Assembly (NCBI GenBank): GCA_963799775.1
Contig: CAWCYD010000003.1
Span: forward strand, 512,001 to 576,000
Origin: an uncultured archaeon
GTDB taxonomy: Archaea > Thermoproteota > Nitrososphaeria > Nitrososphaerales > Gagatemarchaeaceae
DNA: 64,000 bases
Direction: 5' to 3'
Within the stretch, counting starts at the first letter, position 1. Each line of letters opens with the position of its first letter. The translations under genes were made by a program, and so were the position numbers. Of this stretch, positions 10,723 to 21,410 are shown one piece after another. A model generated the notes under the pieces. That model made no database searches. It worked only from the letters and a program-made list of their open reading frames with translations, and had not been told where the DNA came from.

Positions 10723-11275
10723 CTAGTTCGCGGTCCGCGAGGGCCCGTGTGCAAGGCCCACGACGTGCGGGATCTCGCCCAGGAACAGCTCGAGGGCCGT
10801 CCGGACGGCGTCGGGAGAGCCTGGGAGGCACATAGCTACTTTGCCTCTGGCGATCCCGGCAGTTGCCCTCGACAGCGCGGCGGCCGCGCCTATTTTCTGG
10901 AAGCTGACCCAGCGGAAGACCTCGCCGAAGCCCTCTATCTCCTTCCCGAAGAAAGGACGGATCGACTCGATGGTGACATCCGTGGTGGAGACGCCCGTGC
11001 CGCCGGTGAAGACGATCACGTCTATGCGCTTGTCCTCCAAAGCGCGGGCCATCGTGCTCCTCAACATCTTCTTGTCGTCCGGGATTAGTCTCCTTCCCAT
11101 CACCTCGCCATTTGCTTCCTCGACCATCCGTTGTGCGACGTCACCCGATTCGTCGCTGACGTCCTTTTCGGCTCTGGCCCTGCTCTTTTCGTATCGGCTC
11201 GTCGAGACCGTAACGATCAGGTAACCCAGCCGGCCCTTGGGGGCGTGCTTTCTGTGGGTCTCAGGGGCGCCCGCG
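10723..11275 (-). CDS. moaB: MoaB/MogA molybdopterin adenylyltransferase domain (probably fused to the upstream MoaC)
   Basis: ETHRKHAP..IVTVSTSR..DESGD in frame upstream of the annotated ORF; TGGTGVSTTDVTIE, GFGEVFR, SRATAG, LPGSPDAV. Confidence 0.88.
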
Positions 11276-11709
11276 TCTCTTCACCTTCTCGACCACCTGG
11301 ATACCTTCGATCGTCGCCGACGGATACTGACCTCCCTCATCTTTCTCGTAGGCCTTCACGACGTCCCAGATATTGAGGAGTGCGACAGACACCGCCGTCA
11401 ACGCTTCCATCTCAACGCCTGTCTTCTCGTGCGCGGAGACGGTCACCCGAACCTCGACGGAGTCCTCGAGTACCGCCTCCTCAACCTCCACGTGCTCTAT
11501 CTTGAGAGGATGGCAGAGCGCCAGCAGGTCGGGGTCGTCTTCACGGCAAGGATCGCCATCGTCTTCGATATCGCGAGCGGGTCGCCTTTCTCAAGGCCTC
11601 CGTCCTTGATGAGCTCGATCGTCTTGGGTCTGAGGAGTATCCTGCCCCGCGCCGTTGCCTGCCTGTAGACCACGGGCTTCCTTGAGATGTCGGCCTGTCT
11701 GACGCTCAT
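11261..11709 (-). CDS. moaC: Cyclic pyranopterin monophosphate synthase (frameshifted near 11520)
   Basis: DISRKPVVYRQATARG, LEKGDPL, AVKTT..CHPL, KTGVEMEALTAVSVALLNIWDVVK. Confidence 0.9.
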
Positions 11710-11924
11710 GAGATGGCCTGCCCGAAGGCTCGTGGTCGATTTAGGTCTTCTTTCTCCCGAAGTGCCTCTATGGTCAATCCCCGTAGGATTCAACGCATTT
11801 CTTCCAAGGGTGTAAGGTCATTCCTGCACTAGTGCTAGGAACCAGCTCTCAATCCTGAAAATGTCTTAAAGCAGACGCACGAATTGCATGCGGGATTCCG
11901 TTATCCAAATCCAATGAGGGTCAG

Positions 11925-12329
11925 GTGATTCGCGGTAACACGCTTAGGGTTTACCTTCACTTGCTGAAGCATGGGCCCTCAGAGCTCAGGGACGTCCAAC
12001 GCGAGGTTGGCCTTTCGACCGCATCGCTCGCCTCCTATCATCTTGGAAAGCTCGTCGATGCGAAATATGTGAAGCAGGATGAGGTAGGCAGATATGAGGT
12101 CACAGGCGAGGCGGTGGGAGATATTCTGGCCGGGTACTCAAAGTTCGGCGTCACGATCGTCCCTCAGTTGTTCTTCTTCGCCCTGCTTTTTACGATTCTT
12201 ACAGCATTCTTCTCGATAGAGTGTCCTCTTCTTTGGAAACTACGTCTTCTTCCTCGTCGCCGCATCGCTCGGGATGGTGGTGGTCCTGTGGCTGGAGACG
12301 GTGAGACTATGGAGACGGCTTGTCAATGA
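11925..12329 (+). CDS. Winged-helix regulator with C-terminal TM segments (3' frameshift likely)
   Basis: GNTLRVYLHLL..GPSELRDVQREVGLSTASLASYHLGKLV; hydrophobic tail. Confidence 0.7.
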   Translation: MIRGNTLRVYLHLLKHGPSELRDVQREVGLSTASLASYHLGKLVDAKYVKQDEVGRYEVTGEAVGDILAGYSKFGVTIVPQLFFFALLFTILTAFFSIECPLLWKLRLLPRRRIARDGGGPVAGDGETMETACQ

Positions 12330-12442
12330 CTCTGGGTAATATCTTCCACTTCTTGCACTGAACTCCCGGAATCCCAGCGAACTTTCCAATTTTCAACGTC
12401 CTTGAACGCATCTTCAGCGACATAGGATAATCAATCCAGAAT

Positions 12443-12467
12443 ACTAACCTCTAACTATGTTACGAAA
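12443..12467 (+). promoter_or_regulatory. Motif shared with the upstream region of the paralogous wHTH gene at 57872
   Basis: ACTAAC-N6-CTATGT-N-ACGAAA at both 12443-12467 and 57842-57866. Confidence 0.5.
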
Positions 12468-12861
12468 TGCGAGTCCGGAAAACCCGGGCACCAGTTCTCG
12501 AAACGGAGGGTATCTCGGAATAATCGAACAAAGTCTGGGTTCAGCCTTCGGGCAGGCTCAGCCACTTCGAAAGTTGAGCTCGCGGCGATCCACCCTGGAA
12601 ATCAGGATGGACATCCTGACGGTCGTCAGGGACGGAGCAGAGGGGCCTACCCAGATAATGTTCAAGGCCAATCTGTCCTGGAAGCTCTTGATGCAGCACC
12701 TCAGAGACCTTGTTCAGCTGGAGATCCTGTCGGAACAGAAGGTCAAGAACCGCTTCTCGTACAGGCTGACCGACAAGGGGATAAGCATCCTTCGGTCCTA
12801 CTTCATGGTGACGGACCAGTTCCATCTCCCTGACCACTACGGAATCCGCGCGTTTCAGTAA
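12457..12861 (+). CDS. Winged-helix (HTH_45/ArnR1-like) transcription regulator; true start may be downstream (e.g. TTG 12574)
   Basis: RRSTLEIRMDIL..GAEGPTQIMFKANLSW..YRLTDKG; paralogue of 57872..58210. Confidence 0.8.
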   Translation: MLRNASPENPGTSSRNGGYLGIIEQSLGSAFGQAQPLRKLSSRRSTLEIRMDILTVVRDGAEGPTQIMFKANLSWKLLMQHLRDLVQLEILSEQKVKNRFSYRLTDKGISILRSYFMVTDQFHLPDHYGIRAFQ

Positions 12862-12995
12862 GGACGGTGCGGGGCTTGTCGGATTCTCGGGGTAGCCATT
12901 TCTTGCATCTACTGATGGCCTCACCTCGAAGATTTGCATCTTTCAAGGGCTTGAAAGGCCCTTCCTCGGAGTAACTTAATCAACCTGGTATCAAA

Positions 12996-14720
12996 TTGAC
13001 ATTTAGAAAAGAGTTGGCGGCGAAGCAGTCCGTCACGTACGGATTAGCCGCTATAGCGACCGCCGTACTCATCATCGGAGGGGCTGTCGTCTCCGCGTCT
13101 CTCTCGGGTCATGGCCTTCAGTCGACCCAGACCATAACGGGAAAGTCGTCGGGGCAAACGTCGACGCAGATCACCTCGACTCAGGCCCTTACTCAGAACT
13201 CCTCGAAGCTAGTGACGACCGTCCAGCTAAATACAGCCACGACCTCTTCGACCCTAGCCACGACGGCGCAGGGTCAAAGTCCTAGCGGGAGCGGAATCCT
13301 CAGCATTTGGCTTACTGATGCCCCTGCTGCAAGCCCGAATCTGAAGTATCTTCTTGTCAATATCTCAAGCTTGGCTGCGTCGTACGAAAGCAGCGCGCCG
13401 GCGAACTCGTCGTCCTCGACGAGCGGCTCCTCGGCAGGGAACCAGGCCAGCGTCTACTTCCTCACGGTCCCTCCGACTATCGGGACTAACGTGAACCTCA
13501 CCACCCTCCAAGGCCAGTCGCTCGCGCTGGGAGGCGCAGAGCTGCCTGCGGGAAACATCAGCTCGGTGGTTGTAGATGTCACCGGCGCAAGGGCGTTCTA
13601 CACAGACGGCTCGTCGGAGCAGATCCCGGTCGTTGCCAACGGGGAGTTGCCCATCCCGATCCGGTTCGGTCTTCAGCCTAACGGCGCCACTTCCTTGACG
13701 ATCGACCTGACGCCGAGCATGGTCAGCGCAGGCGAGGGCTTTGTCATGGCGCCCGTCATTCACGCGATCGCAGTTGAGTCGGGCCTAAACGGGACCACCA
13801 CGGTCACGGTGACAGCCACCGAAAGTCAGCCACCGAGCACGACGACGGTGTTTTCCACTCAGACAATCACAGCGCCGGCGATTATCACGACGATAACCAC
13901 GCCGACCACGACGACTCAGATGGTCACGGGCCAGCCCGTGACGACAACGGTCGTTTCATCGGTCACATCGACCGTGACGCAGATAACCATCACTGGAACT
14001 GTAATAACAGAGACGACAACGTACACCTCGCCGACGACCGAGACCCAGACTGTGACTCAGACTTTGACGTCGACGACCACAGTCCCGCCCACCACGACTA
14101 CGGGAACCTCGACCACGTCCACTTCGACTTCGGCTCCGACGTCGACTGTCACCTCGACCAAGACGGTCACCAGCACGGTGACGTCCACCTCGAGCCCAAC
14201 ATCAACGAGCACGACTTCGACGACGACGCAGCCTCCGACCACAACCACGACAACAGCCACCTCCACTGTGACTCAGCCTCCCACGACTAGCACGACCACA
14301 GCAACAACGACTGTCACTCAGCCTCCCACGACTAGCACGACCACAGCGACAACCACGGTGACTCAGCCTCCGACGACGACAACGACGACAGCGACTACGA
14401 CTGTCACTCAGCCGCCTACCACTACTACGACAACGACCACCGCCACGTCGACGAAGACCTCCACGGTGACGTCGACTTCTACCCAGACGTCAACCCAGAC
14501 CCAGACTTCGACGGTCACTGTGACCAGCACCACGACCAGGACCGTCACTAAACCCCACACGAGTGAATCTCCCGCTTCGGTCGGACCGGCCGGAGCACTG
14601 GCCTCGATAGGCAGTGACGCGCCTGTATGGCTGTCACCCTCCTTCGCCCTCTGGACCCTGCTGGTCACAGCGGGGATGATACTCGCTCTGCCGAGGCTTC
14701 GGCAAGCCCCACGCGGATAG
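12996..14720 (+). CDS. Cell-surface protein: DUF4382-like domain, mucin-like Thr-rich stalk, C-terminal TM
   Basis: N-terminal TM, LSIWLTDAP..NLTTLQG..IDLTP..FVMAPV pattern, long Thr/Ser/Pro tract, C-terminal hydrophobic anchor. Confidence 0.75.
   Translation: MTFRKELAAKQSVTYGLAAIATAVLIIGGAVVSASLSGHGLQSTQTITGKSSGQTSTQITSTQALTQNSSKLVTTVQLNTATTSSTLATTAQGQSPSGSGILSIWLTDAPAASPNLKYLLVNISSLAASYESSAPANSSSSTSGSSAGNQASVYFLTVPPTIGTNVNLTTLQGQSLALGGAELPAGNISSVVVDVTGARAFYTDGSSEQIPVVANGELPIPIRFGLQPNGATSLTIDLTPSMVSAGEGFVMAPVIHAIAVESGLNGTTTVTVTATESQPPSTTTVFSTQTITAPAIITTITTPTTTTQMVTGQPVTTTVVSSVTSTVTQITITGTVITETTTYTSPTTETQTVTQTLTSTTTVPPTTTTGTSTTSTSTSAPTSTVTSTKTVTSTVTSTSSPTSTSTTSTTTQPPTTTTTTATSTVTQPPTTSTTTATTTVTQPPTTSTTTATTTVTQPPTTTTTTATTTVTQPPTTTTTTTTATSTKTSTVTSTSTQTSTQTQTSTVTVTSTTTRTVTKPHTSESPASVGPAGALASIGSDAPVWLSPSFALWTLLVTAGMILALPRLRQAPRG
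14226..14450 (+). repeat. Coding tandem repeat, five 45-bp units (TQPPTTxTTTATxTV)
   Basis: Units start at 14226, 14271, 14316, 14361, 14406. Confidence 0.85.
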
Positions 14721-14737
14721 GGCCGACCTTCTGGTTC

Positions 14738-16148
14738 CTACTTGGCCCTTGTTCGCTGCGATAGCAGTTTGGCCACGAGCCCTGGCTGGGCCTTTGGCTC
14801 GGCCTTGAGGACTAGGCCTACTAGATAGCTGAAGGCCTTCTTGTCGCCACGGGCCTCCCCTAGCGCCTCTGGCCTCTCGGCGAGCACCCGGTCGATCGCG
14901 GCTCCGATGGCCTTCTCGTCCACGACCGCGGATAGGTTCTTGGCCCTTACGATGTCCGCCGGGCGGTTACCAGTGCGAAGGGCCTCTCGGAGGGCCTCCT
15001 TGGCCTGAGCGCGAGTGATCGAGCTCGATACGATCATCCCAACCAGGTCGACGAATGCCTGGGGAGGGATGGCTCGATCCCCTGTAAGCGCCGATTCGTC
15101 GAGCTCCCCAACTATCAGTCCCGCCATCTCCTGGTAGGCGTCGCTTGTGCGTGCGCATCTCTCGAAGAAGTCCGACAGGGCCTTGTGCGCCGCCAGCTCG
15201 CCCGCCAGCTGCGGGGACAGGCCGTAATCTCTGGCATATCGTGAGGCCCTGGCGTCGTTTACCTCGGGCATCCTGCTCCGCACTTCCTCAATCGCACCAG
15301 GCTCGAGCACTATCGCGTTGAGGTCGGGCTCGGGGAAGTATCGGTAGTCCTGCTCCTCCTCCTTGGAGCGGAGGGCGATGGTGATGCTCCTGCGCTCGTC
15401 CCAGTGCCTCGTCTCGCTCGTCGCGTTGCCTGAGAACGTCTTCTGCCTGAGTATCTCGTAATTGAGGGCCTTCTCCACCTCCTTGAAGGACGAGATGTTC
15501 TTCACCTCGACCCTGGCGCCCCCCTCGAGGGAGATGTTCGCGTCGCACCTCATCGCTCCCTCCAGCTCCCCGTCCGAAACTCCCAGCGACTCTATGGTCG
15601 AGCGGAGCTTCTCGAGGAACATCTTTGCCTCTCGGGCGTCCTCGATGTCCGGCTCCGTCACTATCTCTACTAGCGCGATCCCGGCCCTGTTGTAGTCCAC
15701 CAGGCTATAGGTCGACTTCTCTATCGTGCCCTCGTAGGTCAGCTTCCCCGGGTCTTCCTCGAGCTGGATCCTGGTGATTCGGACCTTCTTCCCTTCAACC
15801 TCGACGGAGCCCGAGGAGGCTATCGCCACGCCGCCGGCCTTGTCGTACTGGCTGATCTGGAACCCCTTGGGCAGGTCGGGATAGAAGTAGTTCTTCCTGT
15901 AGAAGAGCGAACGGCTCGCCACTTTGCAGCTGAGGGCGAGCGCGATCATAGTCGCGAACTCCACCGCGCGCGCGTTGAGCGTCGGCAAGGTCCCCGGGCA
16001 GTCCGAAGCAGACCGGGCAGACCTTCTCGTTCGGTTCGCATCCTCGGTAGTCCGATGAGCAAGAACAGAAGAGCTTCGTCTTGAGCGACGTGAGCTGGCA
16101 GTGCACCTCCAAGCCTATCTTGACCTTGAGCCTCATCTGTGCCTCCAT
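14738..16148 (-). CDS. gatB: Asp-tRNA(Asn)/Glu-tRNA(Gln) amidotransferase subunit B (frameshift near 15990)
   Basis: [63 protein letters not shown]. Confidence 0.95.
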
Positions 16149-16149
16149 G

Positions 16150-17606
16150 CTATGCGCCCTCCGCCAGCTCCGGGCTCGTGAGGCCCTGTTCCCTTCCGAA
16201 GAGACGGGCGGCATCAAGGAGAGCGTCTCCCTGAAGTGGGGGGCCATGAGCTGCATGCCCACGGGGAGTCCGTCGACCAGACCGCAGGGGACGCTGATTG
16301 CGGGCATTCCTGTGAGGTTCGCGGCGACAGTGTTGATGTCGATGAGGTAGTCTTCCAGCGGCGTGACCTTCTCCCCCAACTTGGGAGGCAGGACCGGCAT
16401 GGTCGGCCCGACCAGCAGGTCGAACCTCTTGAAGGCCTTCGCGAACTCCTTCGCAAGCATGGCCCTGACCTTCTGGGCTCTCACGTAGTATGCCTCGTAG
16501 TATCCAGCAGAAAGGACGAACGTTCCTAGCAGTATCCTCCTCTTGACCTCCTCGCCGAAGCCCTCGCTCCTTGTCTTCGCGAAAGCCGCGTTCCAGTCCG
16601 CGGTCCCTGTGTCAACAGAGAGGCCGTACCTTACGCCGTCGTATCGCGAGAGGTTAGAGCTGGCCTCTGCCATGGCGATGATGTAGTAGACCGCGAGCGA
16701 GTAAGGAAGGGAAGGGATCGATGTCTCCTCGACGACGGCGCCGAGACCTTCGAGCTTGTCGCAGCCGTCCAGCACCCTTCGCTTTACCGCCTCTTGCGCT
16801 CCCTCTCCGAAGAACTCCGCCACCTTGCCGACCTTGAGGCCCTTGATGCTGCCGGCGCCTGTCCGCCTCACAGCCGCTCGCGCGGAGGTCGCATCAGATG
16901 GGTCGTGCCCTGCCACGGTCTCGAACAGCAGCGACACGCTCTCTGCGTCAGGCCCAAGCTGGCCAATCTGCTCGAGGCTGTTGGCGTACGGGATCAACCC
17001 GTACCTGCTCACGCGCCCATATGTCGGCTTGAGCCCGACGACCGAACAGAAGCTTGCAGGGCACCGCACCGAGCCTCCCGTATCTGACCCGAGGGCAACG
17101 GAGGCCATCCCCGCCGCCACGGCCGCCGCGCTCCCGCCTGAGGAGCCTCCGGGCACCCGCCGCGCGTCCCAAGGGTTGAGCGTCGGGCCATACGCAGAGC
17201 TCTGGTTCGTGTTCCCCATCGCGAACTCGTCCATGTTGGCCTTTCCGATCACTATCCCGTCTTCTTTCTCTATCCTGTCGACGACGGTCGCGCTGTATGG
17301 CGGGACGAATCCGCTCAGGATCTTCGAAGCGCACGTCGCCTGCAGCGACCTGACGCAGATGTTGTCCTTGACGGCGATCCCGAGCCCTGCGAGCCTCCCT
17401 ATCTTCTCGCCTTTCTTCACCCGACGGTCGATCTCCCTGGCCTTGAAGACCGCGCCTTCCCGGTCCAGCTGGAGGTAGGCGTGGATCTTGGCATCGAATC
17501 TCTCTATCCTGTCTAGCATCGAACCGATGTGCTCCTCGGCCGATATCTCGCCCCTGCCGACCATAGTGGGTATCAGGTGAGTGGCGGACGATGCCCGACG
17601 CTTCAA
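16150..17606 (-). CDS. gatA: Amidotransferase subunit A (frameshift near 16228)
   Basis: [48 protein letters not shown]; corrected end [11 protein letters not shown]...AEGA* at 16150. Confidence 0.95.
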
Positions 17607-17609
17607 CCG

Positions 17610-17933
17610 TCAGAACACCCTCGGCGCCTTGACGTATCTTCCCTTTTTTTGTGGGACGCCTTTCAATATGGCTTCAGGCTCAGACGGCATGACGACGTCC
17701 TGCCGAAGGCTTCCTCCTTCTTCCGCTGCCTCCGAGCTGATCTTTGAGACATCGATCTTGTCCAAGGTCGCGAAGTACTCGAGTATAGAGGAGAGCTCGC
17801 GTTGCAACCTGCCCTCTTCTTGGGACGTGAGCGAGAGCCGTGAGAGGTTCGCCATCCGCTCTACTTCATGCAGGTCGACTGTTGGGGCCTTCGCGGGCTT
17901 TGGTCTGCGGGTCAAGTCTTCATTTTGGGTCAC
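17610..17933 (-). CDS. gatC: Amidotransferase subunit C
   Basis: EVERMANLSRL, ELSSILEYF, LRQDVV, YVKAPRV; directly upstream of gatA. Confidence 0.9.
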   Translation of the reverse strand: MTQNEDLTRRPKPAKAPTVDLHEVERMANLSRLSLTSQEEGRLQRELSSILEYFATLDKIDVSKISSEAAEEGGSLRQDVVMPSEPEAILKGVPQKKGRYVKAPRVF

Positions 17934-18257
17934 GTTTTCGACACCGATAAATGATTTACGCGGCCTGCAGTCAGACAAAGAGAGCAAACCCTAGGGCCAA
18001 ATATTACGTGCTGCAGACTTCCTGGGCATCGGGTCTTGGCTAGAGCACTCGATTCCTGGGGCGCCGACTAGGAATGAGTCCCCCCTCCGTCTCTGGCTCC
18101 ACTCGTCGAGCAGTCAACCCAATTCTCGAAATACTTGAATCGAAGTCCGAGGGACTATGGCACGAGACGCAGTTTTTCACCCATTTTTGGGTGATAAATA
18201 GGTCATTTTCCGCAGGTTTGTGGCTCTGACTTGAAATCGGCTGTGGGTGTTCCAGCC

Positions 18258-18593
18258 TTAGAGTATCCCAATATCTACAGAATCCTTTGCTTCGTTCACC
18301 GCTATGGCTAGCCTCGAAAGTGGTTCGTCTCCGGTTGCAGCCAGAAGACCAATGGCTCTGATTTCCCACAGGATTTTGCTGAATACCAATGCGCTACCTA
18401 GCCCAAACAATTCTCGAATGGCGAGGCAGAATCTCTCGGGCTCGTTTGGGACCAGCTGGTCCAGAGGGGTTCCAGTCTTCGTTTCAAGGAAGTATGCGGT
18501 CGACTGAGCTACGTCCTCCCCTAGAAAACCCAGTCCGCGCTTGACACAGGAAAGAGCCAAGTTCGTTCGGGATGACTCCTTTTGGATTTCCAT
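18258..18593 (-). CDS. Small helical protein resembling the archaeal DUF3227/NitrOD-type family
   Basis: LGEDVAQSTAYFLE..PERFCLAIRELFGLGSALV pattern; more AT-rich than flanks. Confidence 0.45.
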   Translation of the reverse strand: MEIQKESSRTNLALSCVKRGLGFLGEDVAQSTAYFLETKTGTPLDQLVPNEPERFCLAIRELFGLGSALVFSKILWEIRAIGLLAATGDEPLSRLAIAVNEAKDSVDIGIL

Positions 18594-18931
18594 AAATACG
18601 GCAAGTGAAGTCCGCCGTGTGGAATAAGGGTTATGAAGTTGCAAACCCACGCAGGAGGTCATTTCCTGTGCACGTTAGATTTGACTTCCCCGCACATTCG
18701 ATGTTTCGTCCTTTGGACAGGAAAGCTTTGAGCCGGATGGGTGACAGGTGAAATGGAATTGGTGGGAAGGCTGGGCTCACTTGCAGACGGCGCAGTAGAC
18801 CTTCTGGAATCGGAGGATATCGGTCCACTCGTCTTCAAAGTCCAGGTAAAGATTCCTTCACCGTTGCCGATCAAGACATGGCCAAGTGTCCAACTGCCAA
18901 TCCGCTGGACGCGACTGCGCCTCGCTTGGAA

Positions 18932-20295
18932 TCAGGGCACGAGACGCAGCTTGTCCCTGGGGAAGAGCGTGACCTCCCTTATGTTCTCCTCGCCGGCAAG
19001 CACCATGGTTAGCCTCTCCATGCCTAGCCCGAACCCGGCGTGGGGCGGCATGCCGTAGTCGAATACCTTCAGGTGGTGCTCGAAGGCCTGGGGCTTTAGC
19101 TTCTGCTCCTTTAGTCTCTTCACGAGGAGGCTCTTCGAGCTTACCCTCGACCCGCCGGACGCGAGTTCGAGCGATCCAAACATCAGGTCAAAGGCCTCGC
19201 TGAGCTTCGGCTCGTCTTCCTTGGGCTTGATGTAGAAGGGCTTCGTCTGCGTGGGCCAGTCTGTGATGAAGTAGAACGAAGGGTGGTCCTTGCCAAGCCT
19301 TTCGATGGCCTTCCCGGTGAGTTGCCCTCGCCCCAGGTGATGTCCTCTCCCACCGCCTGCAGATGCTTGACCACCTCCGTGTACGCAAGGCGTTCGAACC
19401 TCTTGGGGACGTCTTGAAGCGGGTGCCCTATCTTCTCGAGGTCACCTTGGCACTTCTCCTTCACCGACGCGAGGACGTGCTTCAAGAGCGCCTCGAGGGT
19501 GTCCATCACGTCGTTGTAGTCGACGAAGGCCTCCTCGATGTCTATTGACGTGATCTCGCTCAGGTGCCTCTGCGTCCTGGACTCCTCTGCCCTGAACGCC
19601 GGGCCTATCTCGTAGACCTTCTCGAAGGGGAGCACGAGCTCCTCCTTGTAGAGCTGGGGGCTCTGCGCTAGGAACGAAGGACGGTTGTAGTAGAGCACGG
19701 AGAAGAGCGATGCCCCGCCCTCGGTTGCAGTCGAGATGAGCTTGGGGGCCTCACCTCCAGGTACCCCCTCCCGGAAAGGAACTCCCTGACCGACGAGAGA
19801 ATCGCTCGCTGGATCTTGAAAGTCGCCTGGGCACGCTCCCTCCTGAGGTCGACGGCCCTGATGTCGAGCCGCTTGTCAAGAGAGGGCGTCTCGCCGCCAT
19901 AGACGCTGAAAGAGGGTGCCTGGGCGGCTATGCTGATGGACCCTGACCTCTTCGGGTACGACCTCGGCGCCGTTCGGCGCTTTGGCCATGGCCTTGACCA
20001 CGCCCTTCACCGCCAGGCTGCTGTGGGGCTTCAGAGCCTCAACCCTGTCGAGCGTCGCCTTGCTGGCCTTGCCCTTGTTGACCGTGACCTGGACGTTGCC
20101 GTCCCTGTCTGTGAGCATGATGAAAGTGATTCCGCCTTGGGTCCTGATGCTGCTGACCCAGCCGAAAACGGTGACCTCCTTCCCGTCAAGGTCCGGGGTG
20201 ATCTGGATGGAGTAGTGAGTCCTCCTCCACGTCCCCATTCCCTCTTCGATCTTTGTGAACCCCGACTCCTCCCGTTGACCGACCGCGACCGCCAA
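18932..20295 (-). CDS. aspS: Aspartyl-tRNA synthetase, likely non-discriminating (several frameshifts)
   Basis: RRTHYS..GWV..IR, KAPNGAEV, FLAQSPQLYKE, GPAFRAEES..RH, YGMPPHAGFGLGMERL, FPRD; near gatCAB. Confidence 0.93.
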
Positions 20296-20322
20296 ATCCT
20301 ATAAAACTCTTCGAGCGGCTCT

Positions 20323-21360
20323 AGGTGTGTCGAATAACTAATCGTTTGGTCAAGGTTCCCTCGCTCAGGTGGATGAGAGGAGAGGGAATCCTCTCATGAT
20401 GGCGTGGTCACGAAGAAGAAGCGCAACTGGAAGGAGTACAACGAGTCGCTGGTGAGGAGGGGAGAGCTCCTCTTCGATACCGATTTTTTATCTGGATGGA
20501 GCGCAGAACTAGGGAAGCTCAACGAGGAGAAGGAAGGAGCGAGATATCGCTATCCAGACTCGTTAATGAGTATGCTCGCAGCCATCCACGTCTACCTGCT
20601 CCCGTACCGGGAGCTGGAGGGGTTCCTCAGGATGTTCGCGGGACACGTGGAAGGGCTCAAGGTCCCAGACTACACCACGATGTGGTGGCGGATATCGCGA
20701 GTAAAGATAGAGCTGGACCCGAACGTAGACCCAGACGAAGACGTCACCATAGCGGTTGACTCGACCGGGATCAAGGTCTCCAACCGAGGGGAGTGGATAA
20801 GGCAGATGTGGGCGGTGAAGCGAGGCTTCATCAAGGTCCACCTGGCCGTGGACGTCAAGACCGGGAAGATACTCTCGATGGAGGTGACGAAGGACGACGT
20901 GCACGACAGGAGGATGCTCGTCCCTCTGGTGGAGGGAGCGTCGTCGAAGGCGAGCGTCACGAGGGCGATAGCGGACGGGGCGTATGACTCGAGGGAGATA
21001 TTCAGCTACCTGGACTCGAAAGGGATAGAGCCCGTGGTCAAGGTGCGAAAGGACGCCTCTGTGCACTCTCTCGGGTGCATGCCCAGGAAGCTCGTCGTGA
21101 TGGAGCAGCTGAGGGACAGGGAGCGGTGGAAGAGGAGGCACGGGTACGGTCAGCGGGCGAGGGTCGAGTCGGCGATATCCTCGTTCAAGCGTACGTTCGG
21201 GGAGCACATAACCTCGGTGAAGTGGGAGAACATGGTGAACGAGCTCCTGCTGAAGGCACAGGTCTACAACCTGTTCGTCGGGATCTCGAACCCCTAGACG
21301 AGAGGCGGGCGGAGTAGCGATGCGCGAAAGTAGCCGATCGTGAAGTTATTCGACACACCT
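20323..21360 (+). mobile_element. Complete IS5-family insertion sequence (1038 bp)
   Basis: Perfect 17-bp TIRs AGGTGTGTCGAATAACT / AGTTATTCGACACACCT; 8-bp target duplication GCGGCTCT at 20315-20322 and 21361-21368. Confidence 0.95.
20404..21297 (+). CDS. IS5-family (IS903-like) DDE transposase
   Basis: NWKEYNESLVRRG, PDYTT, AVDSTGIK, KVHLAVD, ADGAYDS, GYGQRARVESAISSFKR. Confidence 0.95.
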   Translation: MVTKKKRNWKEYNESLVRRGELLFDTDFLSGWSAELGKLNEEKEGARYRYPDSLMSMLAAIHVYLLPYRELEGFLRMFAGHVEGLKVPDYTTMWWRISRVKIELDPNVDPDEDVTIAVDSTGIKVSNRGEWIRQMWAVKRGFIKVHLAVDVKTGKILSMEVTKDDVHDRRMLVPLVEGASSKASVTRAIADGAYDSREIFSYLDSKGIEPVVKVRKDASVHSLGCMPRKLVVMEQLRDRERWKRRHGYGQRARVESAISSFKRTFGEHITSVKWENMVNELLLKAQVYNLFVGISNP

Positions 21361-21410
21361 GCGGCTCTGAAACCCTTAAGAGGGCCCTGGGCCGTTTTCT
21401 GCCGAAAAGG

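Noticed and set aside
15795-17606. Apparent GatA-GatB fusion in the ORF track
   Set aside because: One missing base near 16228; the corrected gatA stops at 16150 just before the gatB ATG at 16148.
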